The notes under the pieces: generated by a model | What the model was told of the DNA's origin: nothing | Database searches by the model: none | The model's input: only the letters and a program-made list of their open reading frames with translations | Shown here: positions 1 through 8,751 of the stretch, piece after piece | Position numbering within the stretch: the first letter of the stretch is position 1 | Layout: every line of letters starts with the position of its first letter | Assembly: GCA_964633235.1 (NCBI GenBank) | Contig: CAZWGD010000001.1 | Location: forward strand, 1 to 33,783 | Origin: an uncultured Desulfobacteraceae bacterium | Lineage (GTDB): Bacteria > Desulfobacterota > Desulfobacteria > Desulfobacterales > CAZWGD01 | Reading direction: 5' to 3' | Length of the DNA: 33,783 bases | Program-made: the position numbers and the translations under genes

Positions 1-92
1 AATCGGTCGACCTCCAGAATGTCTACGCCGCTCTGATGAAAGTGCACGTGATCCACTAAGAAAACGTTGCTTTAAAAGGAGGGATAGGTTCG

Positions 93-467
93 ATGAATTA
101 CCGGACGCTTGTTATCAGAATCGTGGTTTCCTGCCTATGTTCTCAGCTCATGATCTCTTGCGCCCTGAAAATGGATATGGGCAAGTCTGATGACAAGAGA
201 ATCGGAGGGGGTGGACTAAATGCCCAGGCATACTATTCTCGGGGAAATGAGCATATTGATGCCGGGCGGTATCCAAAAGCCATTGCGGATTATACCAAGG
301 CCGTCGCACTCGATACCACCCATGCCGGGGCATTCTATAGCAGGGGATTTGCCCGTAACAAAATGGGGCGATACGATGAGAAAGCGATTGCCGACTATAC
401 GAAAGCCATCGAACTTATCCCCAGTTATGGCGACGCTTATAGACGGTCTATGAAATGGCGGTCATAA
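93..467 (+). CDS. TPR-repeat (putative lipo)protein
   Basis: GGAGGG RBS lies 9 nt upstream of the ATG. The N-terminal hydrophobic signal ends in LMISC (lipobox-like). Two clear 34-aa TPR units are present (AQAYYSRGNEHIDAGRYPKAIADYTKAVALDTTH and AGAFYSRGFARNKMGRYDEKAIADYTKAIELIPSY). A third unit is cut short by the TAA. Confidence 0.75.
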   Translation: MNYRTLVIRIVVSCLCSQLMISCALKMDMGKSDDKRIGGGGLNAQAYYSRGNEHIDAGRYPKAIADYTKAVALDTTHAGAFYSRGFARNKMGRYDEKAIADYTKAIELIPSYGDAYRRSMKWRS

Positions 468-789
468 CCAAGTGTTCCCAAATCCAGGAGATACTGCGTA
501 AAACGGGACAGCAATAGACCCAGCGGCACGGTTTGTCAGCGCAGCGATCAGCGTCTCCGGGAACGCTCGTTATCACTGAAACTGGTCGCAAAACACTCCT
601 GATGCCATTAAGGGTGTAGCCCTGCTGACGCAGGGATGGTATGGTGGGTTTCAAAAATTAAGGAGGACATCCTCGCACATGCGGCAACCCTTTACCACGC
701 TGTTTTAATTCGTGAATTCATCGAGAAATCAGACCGATAATTAGGACACATATCAATTCACCCGCCCATTGGACCGAAAGGAGTTTCTC

Positions 790-3402
790 ATGATCAGACG
801 TACTAAACATTGGATTCCCGTGTTGGTCACCCTCTTCATCATCTCCATTCTTTCAGGATGTACGCATATGGAGAAAAAAGGCGAATTCCAGGAGACTCAG
901 ACTCAAAAGTCAGAGGTACAAGAATCTGCCGCACCTGCTGAAGCCACGCCTGCCTCCGCACCGGAAGTCCAACAGGAAGTTGTAACCGTAGCCGTGGGTC
1001 GACTGAACCTCCGCGCCCAGGGAACCACCGATAGCCTCATCCTGAGCGTTTTAAAGAAGGGCGATGCCCTTGTGGTACTGGAACGGAAGGATCACTGGAT
1101 AAACGTTCAAACCGCATCCGGAAAGCAGGGTTGGGTTGCCGCGCGCTACACCCATCCGCCAGGGAAAGCGCCTGTGGTGGCGTCCGCACCGAAGACGTCC
1201 GCCCTTCCGAAAACGGAGGCCGCCAAACCCCAGGCAACCCCGGCAGCCGACTCACCCGCAGCACCGGCAACCACCCCCTCGACAGGACAAACAGAAGAAC
1301 CTACCACTCCGGCCAAGCCCCGGACGGAAGCATTTTCTCAAAAAGAGGCTGTTGCCCTTTTTAATCACTACCGAAACACCATGGCGGAAGGTGATTTCAA
1401 GGCCTTTTTAGCCTGTATTTACCATCCCCCTGAACCGGCCGGGGATGAGCCTTCGCTCGAGAAGGGCACTCCCGAAGAGTTTGATCAGGCAAAGGAGTTT
1501 CTGCTGGAGTTGACCCCCGATCCTGCGGCATCCGAGATTCTCAAGTTCGACAGCAACGACGAGGTGGCGCTTCTGGTGATTCGGAGCGATCTTGAAAACC
1601 CCGACTACATTACTTTGAGTGCCTTAAAATTTGTTTTTGACAAAGGCGAATGGAAGATTTTCAGTAAGTTTTACGACAACACCTTTCCCCGTAAAGACGC
1701 CGAGGCGGATCAAGCCGCGATTGCCAATGACCTTAAGAACAATCGCGAGCTGCAGCTGGCTGCTGTAGAGGCCGAATTAAGGTCATCAACCACGGTATCC
1801 CCATCCACCCCGAAACCCGAGGCGATCCCGGCCAGTGCCGGAAGCGCAGAGGGGGAGCTGATCGTCAACGGAGAATCCACCCCGCTGAGATATGCCTACG
1901 CCTATATGGAACCCGGCTTTTTCGATAAAACCACGATGGATACAGTGGTTATCCTATCCGACATAGCGCTGGATGAAGAGGCGGTGAACGATTGGGGCAA
2001 ACGGGCGGATCTGGAAGCGGCCGGAAAGCTTCACTGCGTGGAACTAACCATCAACACCGAGGGGCGAGTCATCTCACGCCGCCTGCGCCACTCAGCCTTT
2101 AAAGCCAGCCCCAGTGGAGTGTCCGGCAGCGAGGTTTTCGAACCCCAGGCTGCCGACGAGGGGGTGATTGCCGGCAAGGCCTACACGACCTCAGAGGATG
2201 ATTTTTTCGGCACCACCTACCAGTATCGCGTGTCCTTCAGGACGCAGATCAAACCACCCGCTGAGGCTTCCGCCGAGGATACGGCGGCCCCGACGCAATC
2301 GTCCGTATTCAACGATTCTCCCAAACATGCGGCCCTTGTCGAAATGCTTAAAGCCGAAGGCAAGACGGAGATACTTCAGACGGCTACTTCTGTGGGTATG
2401 AACATCCTGGAAGATTTTGCCAGGGTTGTTATCACCTATGCCCAGGAGGGAGAGGCCGCCAAAGCACATCTTTTCCTGTTTAAGGAGAATGACACCTGGG
2501 TGGCCCACGGCGAGCTTCCCACGCACAAAGATCATCCCCAGGTATTTTCCGAACTTGCCAGGCGATATTGTGCATCTCGGTATGCACATTTACAAGGCGT
2601 CGGTTATCTGGACGACAGCCATGAGAACCAAGACCCACAAAAACGCGTCATCAATATGAATTGCGACGAATATGAAAACAACGAGTGGCAGTACCACCGT
2701 TTGAGCATGGTCTATGAGTACGACGCTCAAAAGGGATGGCACATTAGCGGGGCCGAACCCTACCAGAAGCCGGCGGAAAAAACGGATAAGCAGCCGGACA
2801 CCGCACCTATGCAAGCCGACCAAACCGCATCCCAGGCTGAGGAATCAAAGACGGAAACAAAACCTTGCACCTCCCTGCAGGAGTGCATGCAGATGTCGGA
2901 CTTGCAGATGGCCGTTATCAGCAGTCATCACCAGGGGGAAGCCCGTGTTCTTGAGCTCATCCAAGCAGGGTCGGATTTAGCTCACCGGAATAAAATCGGT
3001 GACACTCCGCTGCACACGGCCGTAAACGCCAGTCCACCCTTGGAAAAGATTGTTCTAGCGCTGCTTGAAGCCGGCGCCGAGGTGGACGCCCCCAATGAAT
3101 ATGGGTATAGCCCCTTACACAATCTGGCGCAGGGTGCCGTGAACAAAGAAGCGCCCATTGCGGTCATGCTCATCGCCGCCGGTGCCGACGTCAACCTCAA
3201 AGATCACTACGGTATGACGCCCCTTCATCATATGACCATCAATAAATTGGGATGCCAGGGTACGGAGGTGGCCCGGGTACTTATTGATGCCGGCGGCGAT
3301 GCCAATATGGAAGACAAATACGGCGAAACCCCGCTGGCTGCAGCGCGAAAAAACGGCTGCCACGAACTTGCGGCTATTTTTGAAAAGGCCGGTACCAACT
3401 AA
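790..3402 (+). CDS. Large lipoprotein with an SH3b domain, Pro/Ala/Thr-rich linkers, uncharacterised middle domains and 4-5 C-terminal ankyrin repeats
   Basis: The ORF track starts at TTG 769. ATG 790 is preferred because AAAGGAG (777-783) lies 6 nt upstream. The lipoprotein signal is MIRRTKHWIPVLVTLFIISILSGC. The SH3b-like segment is RLNLRAQGTTDSLILSVLKKGDALVVLERKDHWINVQTASGKQGWVAARY (about nt 982-1152). Ankyrin units are GDTPLHTAV..LLEAGAEVDA, GYSPLHNLA..LIAAGADVNL, GMTPLHHM..LIDAGGDANM and GETPLAAARKNGCHELAAIFEKAG (about nt 2900-3399). Confidence 0.85.
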   Translation: MIRRTKHWIPVLVTLFIISILSGCTHMEKKGEFQETQTQKSEVQESAAPAEATPASAPEVQQEVVTVAVGRLNLRAQGTTDSLILSVLKKGDALVVLERKDHWINVQTASGKQGWVAARYTHPPGKAPVVASAPKTSALPKTEAAKPQATPAADSPAAPATTPSTGQTEEPTTPAKPRTEAFSQKEAVALFNHYRNTMAEGDFKAFLACIYHPPEPAGDEPSLEKGTPEEFDQAKEFLLELTPDPAASEILKFDSNDEVALLVIRSDLENPDYITLSALKFVFDKGEWKIFSKFYDNTFPRKDAEADQAAIANDLKNNRELQLAAVEAELRSSTTVSPSTPKPEAIPASAGSAEGELIVNGESTPLRYAYAYMEPGFFDKTTMDTVVILSDIALDEEAVNDWGKRADLEAAGKLHCVELTINTEGRVISRRLRHSAFKASPSGVSGSEVFEPQAADEGVIAGKAYTTSEDDFFGTTYQYRVSFRTQIKPPAEASAEDTAAPTQSSVFNDSPKHAALVEMLKAEGKTEILQTATSVGMNILEDFARVVITYAQEGEAAKAHLFLFKENDTWVAHGELPTHKDHPQVFSELARRYCASRYAHLQGVGYLDDSHENQDPQKRVINMNCDEYENNEWQYHRLSMVYEYDAQKGWHISGAEPYQKPAEKTDKQPDTAPMQADQTASQAEESKTETKPCTSLQECMQMSDLQMAVISSHHQGEARVLELIQAGSDLAHRNKIGDTPLHTAVNASPPLEKIVLALLEAGAEVDAPNEYGYSPLHNLAQGAVNKEAPIAVMLIAAGADVNLKDHYGMTPLHHMTINKLGCQGTEVARVLIDAGGDANMEDKYGETPLAAARKNGCHELAAIFEKAGTN

Positions 3403-3492
3403 GCCAAAACGTCCATTGCCGACCGGGTCTGAGGCTTTTTAAACTAAAAAAATTTTTCCACCTCAGGGTAACATCCGGGAATGAGCATTCAT

Positions 3493-3942
3493 CTACTGCT
3501 CGGTTCTGATGATGAAATCGGCAAGATCGTCCGGATGGATGAATTCCTCGGAAATGGCCTGCCCCCTGACTGAAATACCGGCCTGGTGAACCGTCTCGGA
3601 ATCTCCGGTGATCAAGGGATGCCACCATTCTAGATCCTGTCCGTGGGCCACCAGCCGATAGGCGCATGTTTTCGGCAGCCATCGCAGCGCCATTACTCTG
3701 GCGGGGGTCAATGGCAGGCATGTTTTCACCAGGCGGGCTCGCTGCTTATAGGCTTTGCAGCGGCAGTGGTCAATATCCAGCAGGTAGCAGGATACGCCGG
3801 TATAATCGATGCGGCCGGTTTGCTTGTCCTCGAGTTTTTGCAGGCAACACCGGCCGCAACCATCGCACAGGGATTCCCATTCACGGCGGGTTAACTCGGA
3901 CAGGCTTTTTACTTTCCAAAAAAGAGATCGGTGAGGCGACAT
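3493..3942 (-). CDS. ycgN: UPF0260/YcgN-family Cys-rich (YkgJ-type CxxCxxCC) protein
   Basis: EWESLCDGCGRCCLQKLED...VSCYLLDIDHCRCKAYKQR...WLPKTCAYRLVAHGQDLEWWHPLITG is colinear with E. coli YcgN as I remember it. The start lies 5 nt after the stop of the upstream binding-protein gene. Confidence 0.8.
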   Translation of the reverse strand: MSPHRSLFWKVKSLSELTRREWESLCDGCGRCCLQKLEDKQTGRIDYTGVSCYLLDIDHCRCKAYKQRARLVKTCLPLTPARVMALRWLPKTCAYRLVAHGQDLEWWHPLITGDSETVHQAGISVRGQAISEEFIHPDDLADFIIRTEQ

Positions 3943-3947
3943 GTTGC

Positions 3948-4952
3948 CTAAAAGGGGTGCCTGATTACGGCTTCCACATGGACAGGTTTGGGTATCTGCT
4001 TCTGATCCAGCATGATTTTCTCAGTTTGCCGCCAGGCTTCCACATCTATGCTGCCGATACGGATATTCTGTTGGGGCTTGACCAAACTGCGGGTAAGCTT
4101 TAATTGTTCCTGCATGATATCGGGCGCCGTGTCCTTGTCGTACCCTTGCAGCATTTTCAGGACCACCGTCTCATTTTGCGGGTTCAGGGCCTGTTCCCAA
4201 CCCTTTAAAAGTGCCCGGGTAAATTTTGCTACCGTGTCCGGCTGCGTTTCCACCATTCGTTTGGAGGTGACAACGGAGTTGGCCACAAATTTGACCCCGT
4301 GGTCGGCCGGATTAAAATAGGCCACGCTTTCACCGTCCTTGGCGAGTTTTCTTTCCAGGATGGGTGCCTGTGAGTTGCGATAGACCGGCCAGATATCGAC
4401 CTTTTTCTGATAAAAGGGGGTGTAATCATAGCGCACGCTGAAAATGGTGATGTCTTTTTCCGTGATGCCGTTTTTGGCCATGAGTGTCCGCATAATGGTT
4501 TCATCATTGCCGCCGAAGGTGATTCCCACGACCTTGCCCTGGATATCCTGGACCTGATTGATCTGCAAGTTCTCCCGGCGGTAGATCCACTGCAGGGGAT
4601 TGATTTGAAATAGCTGGGCGACGACCACCACCGGCGACCCCTTGGAGAGGGCGCGGATCACCTGGTCGGCCGAGGCTACACCGAAATGGGCATATCCCAA
4701 TTCCAACTCGCGGATGGCGTCCCTTTCCGGTCCGCCTTCTTTGATATCCACCTTCAGACCTTCTGCCTTAAAGGCACCCTGCTCATGGGCGGCGATATCA
4801 CCGACTACGCTGGCATTAAAGAGCCATTTCAGTCGGTAGGTTATCATTTCCGAACTTTCGGCCGGGGTCGTAAAGGGTGAAAATAGCGCCAGGACCAAAC
4901 AGAAAAATAATAATGCAAGCATGGTGGTCTTAGGTTGGGTCTCTCTTAGCAT
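3948..4952 (-). CDS. ABC transporter periplasmic substrate-binding protein, NMT1/THI5-like (NitT/TauT family)
   Basis: A signal peptide (MLRETQPKTTMLALLFFCLVLALFSPF) is followed by the SsuA/TauA/NMT1-like pattern LKWLFNASVVGDIAAHEQGAFKAEGLKVDIKEGGPERDAIRELELGYAHFGVASADQVI. ATG 4952 is preferred over 4973 because GGGGGA lies 8 nt upstream. Confidence 0.8.
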   Translation of the reverse strand: MLRETQPKTTMLALLFFCLVLALFSPFTTPAESSEMITYRLKWLFNASVVGDIAAHEQGAFKAEGLKVDIKEGGPERDAIRELELGYAHFGVASADQVIRALSKGSPVVVVAQLFQINPLQWIYRRENLQINQVQDIQGKVVGITFGGNDETIMRTLMAKNGITEKDITIFSVRYDYTPFYQKKVDIWPVYRNSQAPILERKLAKDGESVAYFNPADHGVKFVANSVVTSKRMVETQPDTVAKFTRALLKGWEQALNPQNETVVLKMLQGYDKDTAPDIMQEQLKLTRSLVKPQQNIRIGSIDVEAWRQTEKIMLDQKQIPKPVHVEAVIRHPF

Positions 4953-5048
4953 GTTCACTATCCCCCATATCATTTTTACCGATCCATAAAGCGCCGCTAA
5001 AGCGGATATCGGAGATCTGGTACGGTTTTATGGGCCGGAGTTGTGATT

Positions 5049-5798
5049 TCAATGGTGCGCCCAGGTCTTCTTGACCAGTCTGCCAATTTCTTCCAGCAGG
5101 CCCTGGTAAACCGACAGGGTCATGCCGATTAAAAAAAGAGCCGTGAGAATTTTGGCCAGATCGCTTTGATAAAGCGCTATGCGGATACTGTAGCCTATCC
5201 CGGCGTTGGCTGCAATGAATTCGGCCACAATCGTCCCGGCCATAGCCAGCGTCGCGCTACCACTGATGACGGTGGTTAGCTTATTCAAATTTTCAAAAGC
5301 CCTTATCTTGACTTCCAACTGCCATCGCATTCTCCCGGTTACCCGGTAGAAATGTTCGATGTCCTCGACCGGCTCAGACATGATCCCGAGAACCGAGAGC
5401 AATATGGGAAAATAGCAAATCATGGCGGCGATCAAAAGCCGGGATAAAAATCCGTCACCGAACAGGATAAAAATGATCGGTGCAATGGCAACGATCGGAT
5501 AGGCCTGAATATTGTAGGCCGCAACCTTAATGAAGGATCCGAACCAGGTTGTCCGACGGCCGAGAATACCAACCAGTAAGGCCATCACAATCGAGATCAC
5601 CTGCCCGATGACGGCCACGGATATGGTATCGGCCGCATCCATCAGATAGCGGTTGAAGGTGGTTCGAAACGTATTCACCAGATCTTCGAGACCCGGAATG
5701 ACGTAATCGGAAAGACCCAGCAGATATTTGACACCAAAGAGCACCGTCAGTCCAAGTAGATAGATGATCAGAAATTGATAAATGCGCCTAGGCAGCAT
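5049..5798 (-). CDS. ABC transporter permease (NitT/TauT-type)
   Basis: A 249-aa polytopic membrane protein of about 6 hydrophobic helices. It lies between the ATPase and binding-protein genes and overlaps the ATPase stop by 11 nt. Confidence 0.8.
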   Translation of the reverse strand: MLPRRIYQFLIIYLLGLTVLFGVKYLLGLSDYVIPGLEDLVNTFRTTFNRYLMDAADTISVAVIGQVISIVMALLVGILGRRTTWFGSFIKVAAYNIQAYPIVAIAPIIFILFGDGFLSRLLIAAMICYFPILLSVLGIMSEPVEDIEHFYRVTGRMRWQLEVKIRAFENLNKLTTVISGSATLAMAGTIVAEFIAANAGIGYSIRIALYQSDLAKILTALFLIGMTLSVYQGLLEEIGRLVKKTWAHH

Positions 5799-6525
5799 GC
5801 ATGATCTCCAGCATGGTTTCCTGTAATTGGTCCCTGGCCACCGACTGGCCCAATTGATGATCCCGGCCCTTCACCTTCAGCACCTGCGGTTTTTTGCGGG
5901 GACTGCGGAAAACGCATATCTCCCGGCAGTAGGTTGCCACCTCCACCACATTATGAGAGATGTACAAAAAATAGGTCTCCGGGAACATGACCTTGATCTT
6001 GAGAATGATTTTTTCCCGGGTGCGCTCGTCCACGTTGGCTAAGCTTTCATCCATGATGAGCAGATCAAAATCCTGCAGCAGGTAGCGTATCAGGTTCACC
6101 CGGTTTTGTTGTCCAAGTGAAAGCTGGGAAAACCTCAGTCCCATGGTATGGGCCATATCAAAGGAATCGATCAGTTCGTCCCGGCGCTCCCTGAGCGTGG
6201 GCGGTGTAATCTTCTCCAAGTGTTTACCGACGCCGGACCAGTCGGGAAGCCTTTCCAAATTGTACGAGTACAGCCGGGTCCGCAGGCCGTCTGTCCTTAC
6301 ACTGCCCGTATATTGGGTGATTTTTCCTGCAAGGATGTGGGCCAGGGAAGTCTTTCCCACCCCGGAAGGGCCGAAAAGCGCATTGAACCCGGGTTTTTCG
6401 ATGGCAAAAGAGAGCTGATGAAAGACATCCATACTGGAATTGGGATAGCGAAAGGTGATGTTACGGCATTCCAGAAGCTTACTCATTGTGGTTAAATCAT
6501 CTCTCCGTTTATGGATCCAAGCCAT
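5788..6525 (-). CDS. ABC transporter ATP-binding protein
   Basis: Walker A is GPSGVGKTS, the signature-like motif is LSLGQQNRV and Walker B is LLIMDESLANVD. The start is ambiguous: ATG 6525 or ATG 6486 (MSKLLECRNITF...), neither with a good RBS. Confidence 0.85.
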   Translation of the reverse strand: MAWIHKRRDDLTTMSKLLECRNITFRYPNSSMDVFHQLSFAIEKPGFNALFGPSGVGKTSLAHILAGKITQYTGSVRTDGLRTRLYSYNLERLPDWSGVGKHLEKITPPTLRERRDELIDSFDMAHTMGLRFSQLSLGQQNRVNLIRYLLQDFDLLIMDESLANVDERTREKIILKIKVMFPETYFLYISHNVVEVATYCREICVFRSPRKKPQVLKVKGRDHQLGQSVARDQLQETMLEIMHAA

Positions 6526-6649
6526 CCGCTAGAAGGCATCTCGGGCTTCCACGGCCAGGGATCCGTTTGCATATCTCATGGCCCGGGGTATGCCGGGTAC
6601 AGCGGAGCGGCAGCCGGTAGTTGAAACATACATGGCCCGCCGTCGTTGC

Positions 6650-7522
<873 letters not shown>

Positions 7523-7581
7523 GGCGTTATGACTTCAATATCAATTGCTTGGGGAGAGGCCGCAGGCCTAGCTTCCAAGGT

Positions 7582-8751
7582 TCAGGGGTCCCAAGTGTCC
7601 GCCTGCAACCCGATCCACGCGCTTTGGACTGCGGGTTGAGCTGCATGCTTGGTCTGCCGATATATTTCCAGCAAGGTTTCAGGGGTGATATCACGACCAC
7701 CCAACCCTGCGATGTAGCTGAAAACCGCCGGACCGCCTTTTAGATTGCATAGGGCCGCCCGCACTTCCTGGGCAAAGATGCCACCGGCGCCAAATGAACA
7801 GTTTCGATCGACCACGGCGACTTTAGAGGCCTGACCGAGAATACGACGGATCTTTTCCGCCGGAAAAGGCCGCAGCATTTTGATCTTTAGCATCCCCACA
7901 CTTTCCCCCCGGGCGCGCAGGCCGGAGAGGGCCAGTCTGCAGGTGCCGCATACGGTGCCGCTGACAACCAGCACCACGTCAGCCCCCCGGCAATGGACAG
8001 CCTCCACGTCACCGTATCGGCGTGCGAAGTGCTGGTCGAACGCCGATTCGAGGCGGTCCCACAAAGCCGGTACCCGTTCCATGGCCTGCTGGAGGTCATG
8101 ACGCATCTCCATATAGGCGTTGGGTGCCACCATCTGGCCCAAGGCGTATGGAGAGGCCGGGTCGAGTCGGATTTTTGGCTTGAAGGGCGGTAGGAAACGG
8201 TCCACCTGTTCCTGGGTCGGGATGTCCACCGGTTCATAAGTGTGGGAAAGAAAAAAGGCATCCAGGACCACCATCACCGGCAGGTTGATCTGTTCCCCAA
8301 GGCGATAGGCCATCAGGGTAGTGTCAAACACTTCCTGGCCGTCCTCGCAGTAAAGCTGGATCCAGCCTGTATCGCGTTGCGACAGGCTGTCGGTCTGGTC
8401 CACCCAGATATTCCATCCCGGGGCCAGAGCCCGATTGACTTCCGCCATGACGATGGGCAACCGGGCCCCCGAGGCCCAGTGCAGCAGTTCGTGCATGTAA
8501 GCCAGACCTTGACCGGAAGTGGCCGTGAAGGTCCGCACACCGCCGCTGGCGGCACCGATTACGGAAGCCATGGCCGAGTGCTCGCTCTCTACGCAAATAA
8601 ATTTGGCGGCCAGTTCGCCATCGGCGACCTGACCGGCAATGGCTTCAACGATATGGGTCTGGGGTGTGATAGGATAGGCCGAAACCACCTGGACCCTGGC
8701 AAGCCGCACGGCTTCGGAGACCGCCCGGCTGCCCTCAATTACCTGGCGCAT
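7582..8751 (-). CDS. 2-oxoacid:ferredoxin oxidoreductase, alpha subunit
   Basis: The PorA-type N-terminus is MRQVIEGSRAVSEAVRLARVQVVSAYPITPQTHIVE, followed by TATSGQGLAYMHE. It overlaps the stop of the upstream flavoprotein/delta gene by 17 nt. Confidence 0.9.
   Translation of the reverse strand: MRQVIEGSRAVSEAVRLARVQVVSAYPITPQTHIVEAIAGQVADGELAAKFICVESEHSAMASVIGAASGGVRTFTATSGQGLAYMHELLHWASGARLPIVMAEVNRALAPGWNIWVDQTDSLSQRDTGWIQLYCEDGQEVFDTTLMAYRLGEQINLPVMVVLDAFFLSHTYEPVDIPTQEQVDRFLPPFKPKIRLDPASPYALGQMVAPNAYMEMRHDLQQAMERVPALWDRLESAFDQHFARRYGDVEAVHCRGADVVLVVSGTVCGTCRLALSGLRARGESVGMLKIKMLRPFPAEKIRRILGQASKVAVVDRNCSFGAGGIFAQEVRAALCNLKGGPAVFSYIAGLGGRDITPETLLEIYRQTKHAAQPAVQSAWIGLQADTWDP

Noticed and set aside
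1-59. A possible 3' end of an upstream CDS (...VDLQNVYAALMKVHVIH, TAA 57-59).
   Set aside because: Only 18 codons are visible, another frame is also open at the window edge, and no motif can be recognised. This is not enough to report as a feature.
448-768. ORF 448..654 (-) and faint resolvase-like wording on the plus strand (PGTLVITETGRKTLL) in the 300-nt gap after the TPR gene, plus a 9-codon ORF after AAGGAGG at 669.
   Set aside because: The frames are broken by stops and the similarity is a few residues only. No RBS/start combination is convincing. The region is treated as non-coding spacer of unknown content.
3418-3466. Hairpins between the convergent ankyrin and ycgN genes: GCCGAC-cgg-GTC(tga)GGC followed by TTTTT, and CTGAGG-N26-CCTCAG.
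   Set aside because: The stems are short or interrupted, or carry a 26-nt loop. A terminator is plausible here but too weak to call with coordinates.
6526-6649. A TPP (THI-box) riboswitch or terminator ahead of the NMT1/THI5-like ABC transporter.
   Set aside because: The conserved CUGAGA ... ACCUGAUCUGGAUAAUGCCAGCG elements are absent. The only hairpin (CCCGG-n-CCGGG) lacks a U-tract.
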